This document shows, piece by piece, positions 39,975 through 49,400 of a stretch of DNA of 64,000 bases (the stretch's first letter is position 1; every line of letters begins with the position of its first letter). The notes under the pieces are model-generated. The model saw nothing but the letters and a program-made list of their open reading frames with translations, had not been told where the DNA came from and ran no database searches. Position numbers and translations under genes: made by a program. This DNA comes from Candidatus Latescibacterota bacterium (GTDB taxonomy: Bacteria; Latescibacterota; UBA2968; GCA-2709665), in NCBI GenBank assembly GCA_965203805.1, contig OZ241917.1:2048001-2112000 (forward strand). Reading direction: 5' to 3'.

Positions 39975-41945
39975 TCAATACCCGTGGATCGAATGCCCGC
40001 CACCCGGAAACCAGACCATGTCCACAATCAACGAAACCCCCACGCCCGTGGAATAACCGACCAGAACGCCGAGGAAAAACGGCACGTATCGGCGATAGAG
40101 CGCGGCCCCGCCGATTCGCAGTATGAGGAATTTGATGGCCCAGGCCAGAAAGACCGAAAACACGGTATACCGTACCGAGGTTCCCGTACCGGCCAGCGCG
40201 AACCCCACAGGGTGGAAAGGCCACCAGGGAAACCGGTACTTCAGAAACGTCAACAACGACATCACCGCCGCGCCAATGCCGAACAGACTCAGCTGCAGAC
40301 GGTGGGGCGGCTCCGGGTTGTTCATCTGGGTCAGTACACGTCCAAAACCGGATTTGCTGTACCTCGTGAACGGCCAATCGTTGAAATTATAAGCCCCGTA
40401 CGTATATCCCAAATACAACGTAAACACAACCGAGAATATACACCCCAAACCGAAGGCCAGCAGTAGAGCAGCCAGCACACGCCGCCGCCCGTCTCGGGGG
40501 CAAACATCCGCCAATTTAGTGCCGTGGATTACCGACGGCATGAACAGGCCCTTGCCGTAGGACGCGACGCCGTTCGTAAATGCCAGCGTTGTCAGACTGG
40601 AACCCGACAGATTCCGCGACCCGAACAGCGACGTAACGAAACGTTGCGGCCCAACGGGCATGCTGATGAATACCAGTCCCACGTCCGACACGATGCGCGC
40701 AACGCCCAGATACAGGACGAATGCCGCCAGAACGAACGCACACGCCAGTACAAGACTCATCCCCGCCTGCCACCACCAGAAAACGGCGAAGAGCACGCAC
40801 GCAGCCAGCCCGAACACCGCCGTCCGGAACGACATCATCTCGTCTTTCTCGTCCAGCGGCGCTGCCTTTCCGATCGCTTTCTTGAAGACCAGCCTCAAAT
40901 GGTTCCTGGAAGTCCAGAATCCCCAACCCACCATTGCAAAAAACGCGCCCAGAGGCAGCCACTGAAAATCGCCCGACGCGTGGGACCACGAACTGGCGTT
41001 GTATCCCAGGCGGTTCAGGATTCCGCTCCGAATGATGAACAACAGATCGAAGAACCAGAGGCTGAACAGGACGTCGATATTGGCGAAATAGCAGAAAGAT
41101 ATCGTGAACATGTTGATCCGTGTCCACAGACCAGGGAAGTAGCGTTCGAACCTGATCCAGGGGCCCCAGCGGATATTCGGAATCTGCGGAAAGCCGGGGA
41201 CGAAGTAGTTGATCATATTCCAGGCCAGAATGCCGAAAGCGACGGCGAAGCCAATCCAGAAAAGCCGTGGGAACTCCAATGACCGGGCGCGTTCCGTAAG
41301 CTCCGTGACCGGGCGCAGAATCGGAAACGAAATGCGTTCGCTTTCCACCCACTGCTTGCGCAGAATCACCGCGAGGCAGACCGAACCGAAGAAAAGAGCG
41401 GTAATCAGCCCCATCCAGCAAACCACCGGCACGAACCAGGCATTCCAGGGTATGGCGTCGCCGGGCGGCAACCCCTCGAACAGGTGATTGAGCGTGCCGT
41501 TCGTGTTTCTCGGCGCCAGCCAGTGCGGAATATAGGGATGGAAGAACTCTCCCCACTGGTTCTCCGGCGTCGCAAAATAAAACGGGGCCGCGATCGCACC
41601 CAGGAAATACCCCGTCAGACCAACTGACGGAATGGCCCCGCCGACCAGACCGCCCGCGAGCACGACCAGGAGTTCCGTCGACGATAGCGCGTACCGATGC
41701 GAGAGTAAGCGGCACAGCGGGTTCAGTCCCAGGGCAAGCAGCAGGTAGGGCAGCAGCGTACCCATCGGAAAATGACTCAACGTCATGCGTGACGCGTGGA
41801 CGACGTATTCCACGTAATTCACGACGACGTTTACCCCGACGGCCAATACTCCGGCCAGCAGTACGCTGCGCAGCGTCACCGCCTGCCCGCCAGGTCGACG
41901 TCCGACATCGGTTGAAACCGCAACGTTGGATGCTTCTGCCATCAC
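39975..41945 (-). CDS. Polytopic membrane protein, OPT-like putative transporter (DUF6785/DUF6784-type)
   Basis: Many TM segments; LRKQW...ER..FP, WWPFHPVG and W.IK..ILR.GG..LYR...PFFLG motifs. Confidence 0.7.
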   Translation of the reverse strand: MMAEASNVAVSTDVGRRPGGQAVTLRSVLLAGVLAVGVNVVVNYVEYVVHASRMTLSHFPMGTLLPYLLLALGLNPLCRLLSHRYALSSTELLVVLAGGLVGGAIPSVGLTGYFLGAIAAPFYFATPENQWGEFFHPYIPHWLAPRNTNGTLNHLFEGLPPGDAIPWNAWFVPVVCWMGLITALFFGSVCLAVILRKQWVESERISFPILRPVTELTERARSLEFPRLFWIGFAVAFGILAWNMINYFVPGFPQIPNIRWGPWIRFERYFPGLWTRINMFTISFCYFANIDVLFSLWFFDLLFIIRSGILNRLGYNASSWSHASGDFQWLPLGAFFAMVGWGFWTSRNHLRLVFKKAIGKAAPLDEKDEMMSFRTAVFGLAACVLFAVFWWWQAGMSLVLACAFVLAAFVLYLGVARIVSDVGLVFISMPVGPQRFVTSLFGSRNLSGSSLTTLAFTNGVASYGKGLFMPSVIHGTKLADVCPRDGRRRVLAALLLAFGLGCIFSVVFTLYLGYTYGAYNFNDWPFTRYSKSGFGRVLTQMNNPEPPHRLQLSLFGIGAAVMSLLTFLKYRFPWWPFHPVGFALAGTGTSVRYTVFSVFLAWAIKFLILRIGGAALYRRYVPFFLGVLVGYSTGVGVSLIVDMVWFPGGGHSIHGY

Positions 41946-42094
41946 ACCTTCCTTGCACCTTGTAACACCCGCAGTCGCGAGCAGCCGGTTGACCTGCGGA
42001 CTCGAAACGATTGAGACCGGAGTCAGCGACTTTCCTGCCCAGCCCGAGGCATGCTCCCAGACATAGCAATATACGAAATGAACTCAATAAACAC

Positions 42095-42122
42095 AAAAAA
42101 CGGGCTTCAGCGATCGAGCCCG
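42095..42122 (-). terminator. Intrinsic terminator after ggt-like gene
   Basis: Minus strand CGGGCT...AGCCCG followed by TTTTTT. Confidence 0.55.
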
Positions 42123-42150
42123 GATTCGTTTTCGTCGAAATATGATCCGA

Positions 42151-43764
42151 TCAGACACCGGCAGCCCACGTGTTCCCACCCGCCCTCACCTTCCCCTCCC
42201 GCTTCAGGAATTCCGCGCAATGCGCGCCGCCCGCGACGCCTCCAACCACGTCCAGATCGTGGCCCATATCGAGCAGCCCGTCCCGAATGGCTTCGTCCAG
42301 CGATCGCGTTACCATCAGGGGCTCCTCCATCTGGACGTGCATCCGGGGGCCGGACACGGCCTCGAACGACGTCGCGCCGAAGTCCACGATTTTCTGCGCG
42401 ACCCGCGCGTTCACGCTCACAAGCTTTCGCCCTCCCGGCAACCCCGTCGCGACGTCGCGGTCCGGGAGGCGAATGATCAGCGGCGCCGTGTTGTTAAGCG
42501 GGCGCTTTCCCGGCCCCACCGAGTTTCGGCGTCCCGGCCGCGGATCCATCCGGCACATCCCGTGCCCCAGTATCAACCCCGTTCCGGGCACCGTGACCAG
42601 GGACCCGAATGCGCCGCCCTGCGAGATTGTCACGGACGCGACGTTACCTTCCACGTCCGCCGTGGAAACATGGAGTGTCCCCTCCGAAGAATCCCCCTCC
42701 GGCCCCGGGGACCGCCGATCCACGAGCTGCGGAAACTGCCGCACGGACTCCGCGCGTCCCGCCGCGTAGTGTTTACTCAACAGCCGCTCAACCCCGACCT
42801 CCACATGATCCGGATCCGCCAGATACAGGAGCCGGTCGCGCCACGCCAATTTCAGTACTTCGGCCAGCCGGTGCCAGTACGTCACCGTATCGTCCGGCAC
42901 GGTATCGAAGCAGTCCAGCATATTGAGCACCTGGAGGGCCGTCAGCCCACCGTTCGGCAAGATCGCCGCATAGACGGTCGCGTCGCGGTAGGTGGTCTCG
43001 TAAGGCGCCGTTACACGGGGCATATAGGCGGCCATATCGTCCCGCGAAAGCGCCCCGCCCCCGCTGCCGACGTGATCCGCGATCTTCCTCCCGATCTCTC
43101 CATCGTAGAAGTCGCGCCACCCGGCCTCGCACGCTCGCGTCAACGATTTTTCCATATCACGCCTGTGCCATCTGTCGTCCGCCTTCGGCAGACGCCCTTC
43201 CGGCATCAGATGCTTCTCTGTTTCCGGGAACCGCCGGATCACCGGTTCCAGGTGCCGAACCGCGGCGGCCGTGGAGCCGAACGGGAATCCGTTCTCCAGC
43301 AGCGCCAGCGACGGCGCCACGATATCCGACCACTTCAACCGGCCCCAGCGCTCCCACAACATCCCCATCCCCGCCATCATACCCGGCGGGCCCACCGCCT
43401 GCGGGCCGTGCACATTGGCATTGTCCCTCACGGAACAGAGGTACTCGTTCTCGTTGATCCCCTTCGGCCCGTCCCGCATCGGCGCCACGTCGTACATCGT
43501 CTCACGCGCCGATGCGGGTGCAATGGAGTTGGCATCCAGAGACCACACCTTCCCGGTCCGCCCGTCCAGCACGAGGGCGCACAGCACATATCCCATCACG
43601 CCGGTGGACTGCGGCTGCAGCATACAGCAGGCCATACTTGCCGCGGCGGCCGCGTCCATCGCGTTCCCGCCCAGGTCCAATACGCGCGCGCCCACACGGG
43701 CCGCCTCCTCCGGACCGGCGGCAACCGCGCCTCGAGACGTGAGAATTTCCTTGCCTTCAATCAT
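42151..43764 (-). CDS. Gamma-glutamyltransferase family protein
   Basis: GGNAMDAA, FY.GEI, EG-T-LHVS..D..GN (Thr nucleophile), PGKRP and G.PGG motifs. Confidence 0.92.
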   Translation of the reverse strand: MIEGKEILTSRGAVAAGPEEAARVGARVLDLGGNAMDAAAAASMACCMLQPQSTGVMGYVLCALVLDGRTGKVWSLDANSIAPASARETMYDVAPMRDGPKGINENEYLCSVRDNANVHGPQAVGPPGMMAGMGMLWERWGRLKWSDIVAPSLALLENGFPFGSTAAAVRHLEPVIRRFPETEKHLMPEGRLPKADDRWHRRDMEKSLTRACEAGWRDFYDGEIGRKIADHVGSGGGALSRDDMAAYMPRVTAPYETTYRDATVYAAILPNGGLTALQVLNMLDCFDTVPDDTVTYWHRLAEVLKLAWRDRLLYLADPDHVEVGVERLLSKHYAAGRAESVRQFPQLVDRRSPGPEGDSSEGTLHVSTADVEGNVASVTISQGGAFGSLVTVPGTGLILGHGMCRMDPRPGRRNSVGPGKRPLNNTAPLIIRLPDRDVATGLPGGRKLVSVNARVAQKIVDFGATSFEAVSGPRMHVQMEEPLMVTRSLDEAIRDGLLDMGHDLDVVGGVAGGAHCAEFLKREGKVRAGGNTWAAGV

Positions 43765-43868
43765 TCGATTCCTCGCTCGGGATCGCATGCAGCCACCACC
43801 GACTGCGCCACGGGTTTCCTATGTCTTCGACAGAACGGCACCCATGCGGGAAGCCCCGTGGACGCTGC

Positions 43869-45086
43869 TTACAATCCCTCTGCGACCTTGTTGATTGCGG
43901 CCGCGATATCCCGGATGTCGGAGGCTTCCATTTGCTCATGGATACCCCGCACGGCGACCGTCCGCAAGCCGGCCACGGCCTGAGGGGTCGTGTCCGGTCC
44001 ATAATGGTATTCCCGGTTCGTCACTCCGCAGGTGAACGGGCATCCGCTTTTTCCGTACGTTTTCTTCTCAGTGAGGAACTTTCCGCGCATGAATATCGGA
44101 TCGCCAATATAGTGGGCGCCTGTCGCCACGCCCTCGGCGGAAAGCGCCTTGCAGAACCGATCCGGATCGTGACCCGTCACGTGAAATATGTAATTCCACC
44201 ACGATACCTCCCTGTCCGCTTCCGCGGGCACGGGATCGATTCCCGGAGCGTCCGCAATCAAATCGCACAACATCCGGCCCAGGTGAATCCGGCGTTCAAC
44301 CACGGCGCGCACTTTTTCCAACTGCGCCAGGCCCACCGCTCCCTGCATTTCCGTCATCCGGTACGTCGGCGCCAGAAACCCGTGGTCCCGCTCGCCCATG
44401 TATTGATAGTCCCATCCCTTATCTGAAAACAGTTTCAGTCGGATGTACGTCTTTTCGTCATTGGTAACCGTCATCCCGCCGTCGCCGGTGGTCATATGTT
44501 TGGACTGCTGAAGGCTGAAGCACGCCACATGTCCGAACGTCCCCACGTACCGGCCCTTGAATCGTGTCGCGTGCGCCTGGCTGCAGTCCTCGATCAGGAT
44601 CAGGTTGTATCGATCGGCGATGTCCACGACCGCGTCCACGTCGCACGGCCTCCCGAAGAGATGCACCAGGACGATTGCCCGCGTCCGTCCGGTGATGACC
44701 GCTTCGATGGACTCGGGCGTCATGTTCAACGTTCTCGGGTCCACGTCGGCGAAGACCGGCACCGCGTTCTGCTGCAGGATCGGCATCACGCTGCCCGGAT
44801 CGGTAACGGGCGCGGTAATAATCTCGTCTCCCGGCTCCGGGTTCACGGCCCCAACCGCAAGGTGAATGGCGGCCGATCCTCCCGTTGAACTCTGCGCGTA
44901 CCTGACACCGTAAAAGTCTGCAAAGGCCCTTTCGAAATCCTTTACGAACCGCCCGCTTTTGCCGAACAGATTCTGGCTGCGCACGGCATCAATCAGAAAC
45001 TCTTCCTCCCGTAGTCCGAAGGGCGTCCTATCGGGAAACGGTCGGGTACGTACCTTTGGGCCTCCATGGATTGCCAGCCTTGCCAT
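43869..45086 (-). CDS. DegT/DnrJ/EryC1/StrS family aminotransferase
   Basis: LAIHGG, VHLFG, IEDCSQAH, FSLQQSKHMTTGDGG and YRMTE.Q.A motifs. Confidence 0.93.
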   Translation of the reverse strand: MARLAIHGGPKVRTRPFPDRTPFGLREEEFLIDAVRSQNLFGKSGRFVKDFERAFADFYGVRYAQSSTGGSAAIHLAVGAVNPEPGDEIITAPVTDPGSVMPILQQNAVPVFADVDPRTLNMTPESIEAVITGRTRAIVLVHLFGRPCDVDAVVDIADRYNLILIEDCSQAHATRFKGRYVGTFGHVACFSLQQSKHMTTGDGGMTVTNDEKTYIRLKLFSDKGWDYQYMGERDHGFLAPTYRMTEMQGAVGLAQLEKVRAVVERRIHLGRMLCDLIADAPGIDPVPAEADREVSWWNYIFHVTGHDPDRFCKALSAEGVATGAHYIGDPIFMRGKFLTEKKTYGKSGCPFTCGVTNREYHYGPDTTPQAVAGLRTVAVRGIHEQMEASDIRDIAAAINKVAEGL

Positions 45087-45157
45087 TTTCTCTCCGAAAC
45101 ACAAAACGATTTTGGATAGACGAGATCCAACCCCGATAAGTTCAAAAACCTAATCAA

Positions 45158-45187
45158 ACATGGATGGACAGGATGAACAGGATAAAA
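45158..45187 (+). repeat. 9-nt-unit dispersed repeat, copy 1
   Basis: ACATGGATGGACAGGATGAACAGGATAAAA; 28/30 identical to the reverse complement of 59467-59496. Confidence 0.8.
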
Positions 45188-45299
45188 ACTGGAAAAGCGG
45201 AAGACCGTTGTCGATCCGGCATATCATCCAGGCAATTGACAACGCCACTGCCGTCCAGGACACAAACCGTTTCGGGCACACGTGACTTTCGACAAAATA

Positions 45300-45379
45300 A
45301 GAATCCAGAAGCTGGAAGTCAGAATCCGGTCGTGAAACCGGCAAATATTCTGATTCTGACTCTCAACTCCTGGATTTCT
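45300..45379. repeat. Heptamer-unit imperfect inverted repeat element
   Basis: Left arm AGAATCCAGAAGCTGGAAGTCAGAATC (45300-45326) versus reverse complement of 45352-45379, AGAAATCCAGGAGTTGAGAGTCAGAATC. Confidence 0.75.
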
Positions 45380-45430
45380 CGAATAATACTCCGCCCAAAG
45401 CCCCTCCATCCCGACCCAATTTGCTGCCGC

Positions 45431-47899
45431 TTACCGCTCCAACCTGAACAGGACCTCCTTCTCCGCCTCCGCGTTGCCGTTCTGGTCCACAACGCGGACC
45501 GTCAGCCGGTTCACGCCCGACTTGGCGTTCCTCAGGTCCATCTCGAAATACTCCTGAAGGTCCGTTTCATCCCGGACCTGCTCAGTGGATACGGAAACCT
45601 CGGGGGTGCGTTCGCCCCTGCGGAACAGAGAGCCCACGCCCGCCCACAAGCGCCCGAACGTGCCGCCCTTCTCCGGCATCGAATGGATCGTGTAATGCAG
45701 CGTAAACCGGCTCTGGCCGAACGTGTCCCGTTTCAGCCCATAGGCTTCGTAATAGACAAACGGGTGCTGGTTCATCCGATAGGTCTTCGTGGTCATCGGA
45801 ATCACCCAGACGCCGCCCCCCTTGGCGTATTTTTCCAGGCCGCCTTCCGTCGAAATCTGGAATCCCAGTTCCAGGCCGCTCAGTTTCAACGTATCCAGGG
45901 AATAGTCCTCGACCTCGAGTCGTTCCTTATAGATGCCCGAATGGCCGGAAACCAGGTCCTTGACCTGTACCCGCATGTCGTAGGCGCCCGGGCTCACGTC
46001 CAGCGCGAGCTGATTCGGAATAAAGGTCCCCTTGCCCGTATAAAGCTCCTTCGACGTGCGCAACGCCAGTTCCTCGCTGTCCTGCAGCGTCTGCCCCGAC
46101 TCCGGATCGTAAAGCGCGACCGCACACCCCAACTGGAAAACGGTCTGTTCGTCCGATTCCGACTCGCTCAGGCTGCGGGGCGGAATCCCATAATAGATTT
46201 CAACTCGCGTCTTGCCATTGGATCCCCGGAACGTCGCGCGATCGTAGTAGAAATCCAGAAATGCCTCACGGCCGCCCGGAAGATAGTGTTCCGGCATCTG
46301 CCGGATGCTCCGGTTCATTACCATCGCGGGCGAGTACTTCACCATCCGGCTGGTCCGTCGCAGCGCGCCTTCGTCGAATTCCGCCGCGGGCACGGGCGCG
46401 AAGTCGAATGTCCCACCCCCCAACTCATTGGTAAACACCACCTCGATGCCCCCCGCGACACCCGTATATACCCAGGACTCCCACTTGATGAAGGACATGA
46501 AGTCCCCTCCCGCCACCTGTGCGCGATTTTGGGACAGGGTGACCACGTAATTGTCTCCATCCAGTGCCGACATGTCCGCGGGGGCCAGGGGCTCGTCGGC
46601 CAGAGCAGGCGCTCCCAGCTCCACCTCAAGGGGGTCCGGCGCCTCGCCCTGATCGGTACCCGGCGGCAATTCAGCCGGGAAATCCAGGCCCACCTCGTGC
46701 ATCCTGCGAACCGGGAATACAGGCCCACGTCCCACGTCCGCCATGCCCAGCGGCCCGTAGATATCGTGGGCGACGCGCTCCTTGATCCGCTCGACGGAAA
46801 CCGGCATGGGCGGCGCCACCCTGCCGGAAGTCGACCGGTATTCCGGTTCGCCGTATCGGATATAGACCTCGCCGCGCCGGTCCCACGGATTCGCCATCTC
46901 GGAAAAAGCGGTTCGCGAATACCACACGCGCCGATAGTGCTCCAGCTTCCGCTCGTTCACCGAAGTCATCAGGTCCGGATCCCTCACCGACCAGAACCGC
47001 ACGAGGTACTCCCTCCGTACGGCCGCATCATCCGCGGTCTCCCGATAGGCGAGGAGCTCTTCCCTGGATGCAATCAGGCTCACGTCCTGATACAACCGGC
47101 GTTCTTCGGGCGGCATCCGTGAAAAACCCCGGCCGTAATATTGCATGGCCAGGTCCAGGGCCTCGCGGCTCGCGCAGGCCTGCGCCACGACCGGTAACAG
47201 CAACGCCTCGTCCGCGGTTACCTCCAGGGAGTCCAGCGCTACCGATGGCAGGTCTTCAAAAACACCCGTCCGGATAAAGGCTCTGACCACGGCCTGGACA
47301 ACCGCCGGCTCCCTCGTCGGATCCACCGAAAGAGAGCGCACGTACGCGTCGACAGACTTGCCATAGTCCTCAATATCGGAATACAACCGACCGAGCAGCC
47401 TGTGGGCCAGTTCGAAACGCGGCGACAGCGCGGCGGCCTGCGACGCATGGTAAATCGTCTGCTCGGAAAAACTCCCCTTCTCGCCCTCAGCGGTCCCGGC
47501 TCTGTAGGACGCTAGCGCCATCCCGAAGTGGGCCGGCGCGAACCCGTCGTTCTGCGCGAGGGCCGACTGGAACGCCTCCCGCGCCCTCGTCAGGTCCAAC
47601 TTCAGCAACCTCGTGTATCCAATGCGGGTATTGTGACCGGCCGGATCAGTCGTCAATTGCGGCCAGTACGCCTTTACGGCCCGCCGCACCTCCCGGTCCG
47701 GGTCGAAAGGCAGGTTGCCAAAGACAGCCGGCATCTCGTACCCCTCAGCGACCCGCTGCCCCTCCGGGTCCGGTACGGCGGTTGAAGACCCTGCCGCTTC
47801 CGGTTTTGTCTGTTCGGCACGGGTAGGGAGACCGTTCGTCAGCACAAAGGTCAAAGCGGCGAACCAGATAACCGTCCTCAATGATCGAATCCGGTACAT
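45431..47899 (-). CDS. TPR + GWxTD-type domain protein (paralogue 2)
   Basis: Signal peptide, TPRs, FWSVRDPD..T.VNER..EHYRRVWY...PWDRRGEVYIRYGEP, and C-terminal Ig-like region similar to 34848-38597. Confidence 0.82.
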   Translation of the reverse strand: MYRIRSLRTVIWFAALTFVLTNGLPTRAEQTKPEAAGSSTAVPDPEGQRVAEGYEMPAVFGNLPFDPDREVRRAVKAYWPQLTTDPAGHNTRIGYTRLLKLDLTRAREAFQSALAQNDGFAPAHFGMALASYRAGTAEGEKGSFSEQTIYHASQAAALSPRFELAHRLLGRLYSDIEDYGKSVDAYVRSLSVDPTREPAVVQAVVRAFIRTGVFEDLPSVALDSLEVTADEALLLPVVAQACASREALDLAMQYYGRGFSRMPPEERRLYQDVSLIASREELLAYRETADDAAVRREYLVRFWSVRDPDLMTSVNERKLEHYRRVWYSRTAFSEMANPWDRRGEVYIRYGEPEYRSTSGRVAPPMPVSVERIKERVAHDIYGPLGMADVGRGPVFPVRRMHEVGLDFPAELPPGTDQGEAPDPLEVELGAPALADEPLAPADMSALDGDNYVVTLSQNRAQVAGGDFMSFIKWESWVYTGVAGGIEVVFTNELGGGTFDFAPVPAAEFDEGALRRTSRMVKYSPAMVMNRSIRQMPEHYLPGGREAFLDFYYDRATFRGSNGKTRVEIYYGIPPRSLSESESDEQTVFQLGCAVALYDPESGQTLQDSEELALRTSKELYTGKGTFIPNQLALDVSPGAYDMRVQVKDLVSGHSGIYKERLEVEDYSLDTLKLSGLELGFQISTEGGLEKYAKGGGVWVIPMTTKTYRMNQHPFVYYEAYGLKRDTFGQSRFTLHYTIHSMPEKGGTFGRLWAGVGSLFRRGERTPEVSVSTEQVRDETDLQEYFEMDLRNAKSGVNRLTVRVVDQNGNAEAEKEVLFRLER

Positions 47900-48054
47900 C
47901 GTTTTCGTCCTCGTTTCAGGTTGGCGCCATCAGATCAGACCGCAACAGCAATCCTCGATACACGACGGGCGAAACGCGCACACTGTTCCCGATAACTATA
48001 GGATGCTCACGGGCGGAAATGGTTGCATAAAAGCGGGGAGACGGGAGACGGTAT

Positions 48055-48250
48055 AGCTTTCAGCGTTCAGCCAACAGCCGTCAGCTTGAAGCAAAAACCA
48101 GAAAGCCAAACAGTAGAACGAAAGCGTCGCCGAGACGTTCCTCCTTCCCGCCACGAATGTGGAACTACATCGCTTGACATTCGCCTGGCCTGGCCTTTTG
48201 CTGTTGGTCTTTGATTCTAGCTGACTGCTGAAAGCTGATTGCCGAGTGCT
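48055..48250. repeat. Heptamer-armed inverted repeat element (MITE-like)
   Basis: 46-nt arms (48055-48100, 48205-48250) made of AGCnnTC units; 34/46 ungapped inverted identity by hand count. Confidence 0.75.
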
Positions 48251-48265
48251 TCTTTGTTTCAACTG

Positions 48266-48305
48266 CAACAAGAAAGGAGGACGGTCCCGCGAACCGCCCT
48301 CCTTT
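48266..48305 (-). terminator. Intrinsic terminator of the TBDR-PorV operon
   Basis: 13-bp stem AAAGGAGGGCGGT/ACCGTCCTCCTTT (one G-U) followed by CTTGTTG, 21 nt after the stop codon. Confidence 0.7.
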
Positions 48306-48326
48306 GTGTTTACCTCCCGTCGGGCC

Positions 48327-49373
48327 TTAGAACGTGCCGCCCACGGACAGACGCAACGGCGGATCGAAGATGCCCAGATCCGCGTTATGGTACGAGAGAT
48401 CGACGGTGATCAGCTGGCCGCCGGGGAGTTCGTGCTTCAGACCGGCGCCGACGCTCCAGCTTTCAAGGGCCGTGTGCGTCCGGTACCCGGCGCGAAGCGC
48501 CAGCGTGTTTTCCAGCCAGAGCTCCCCGCCCATGCGGGTGATCGGCCGGAAGTCCGTTACGAACTCGTGCTCGACCGAAAGCGTGAAGTATCCCGGGTCG
48601 CCCTTCTGCCCGAAAATCTCCATCGCTCCGCCGAGGGAGTACGTGGTGGGCATCACCGCCGTGAACCCGCCTTCCGTTGCCTTGACGTTCGGGCCCAGGT
48701 TCCGGAAACTCATGGCGATCCTGCTGCTCCGGTATCCGGTGTAGAAGTGGGTGCCGATGCTGTAGTCCAGCGTGGACACCTTTTCCAGGTGAAGGTCTTC
48801 CTGGATCCAGCGAATCTGACCGCCCAGCATGAATTTGTCGGTCATTTTCTTCGCGAATACCGCGCCCAGGGCGATATCGCCCGCGCGAAACATGGTTCCC
48901 GTGCCCCACGGCGCGGTCGGGGTGGTGACCTCCATCTCTTCCGTTGTAAAGCTGTTTACTGTAAACCCGATGACCCCGAAGCCCGCGTTGAACGCCAGCG
49001 CTCCGGAAAGTGTTGAGGAATTGGTCAACCAGCGGGTGTAATTCAGGGAATAGGCCACGTTTTCGATGTGCCCCAGGCCCGCGGCGTTCCAGAACGCGGA
49101 CGAGATGTCGTCCGAAATTGCCGTGTAAGCCCCGCCCATGGCTTCGGCGCGGGCGCTCTGGCCGATTTTCAGAAACGGGAACTCGGAGAGTCCCACGCGC
49201 TCGACCCAGAGACCCCAGGCCTTGTCGACGTTCTCCATCTTCGGATCGATCAACGCCCCGTCGCGCGACCCGGTGCCGGGCGCCGGCTGCTCAACCGCCC
49301 CCGCCGGCTTCACGGTCAGGAGAGCGACGGTCACGAGGGCCAATCCCAAGATGATCCATCCTTTTTTCATCAC
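48327..49373 (-). CDS. PorV/PorQ (FadL-like, UPF0164) outer-membrane barrel
   Basis: FLKIGQSARAEAMGGAYTA..DD....FWN.AGL signature, LALRAGY, and terminal Phe. Confidence 0.88.
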   Translation of the reverse strand: MMKKGWIILGLALVTVALLTVKPAGAVEQPAPGTGSRDGALIDPKMENVDKAWGLWVERVGLSEFPFLKIGQSARAEAMGGAYTAISDDISSAFWNAAGLGHIENVAYSLNYTRWLTNSSTLSGALAFNAGFGVIGFTVNSFTTEEMEVTTPTAPWGTGTMFRAGDIALGAVFAKKMTDKFMLGGQIRWIQEDLHLEKVSTLDYSIGTHFYTGYRSSRIAMSFRNLGPNVKATEGGFTAVMPTTYSLGGAMEIFGQKGDPGYFTLSVEHEFVTDFRPITRMGGELWLENTLALRAGYRTHTALESWSVGAGLKHELPGGQLITVDLSYHNADLGIFDPPLRLSVGGTF

Positions 49374-49400
49374 TATTCTCCTTAATCGTCGCGAGGTCCG

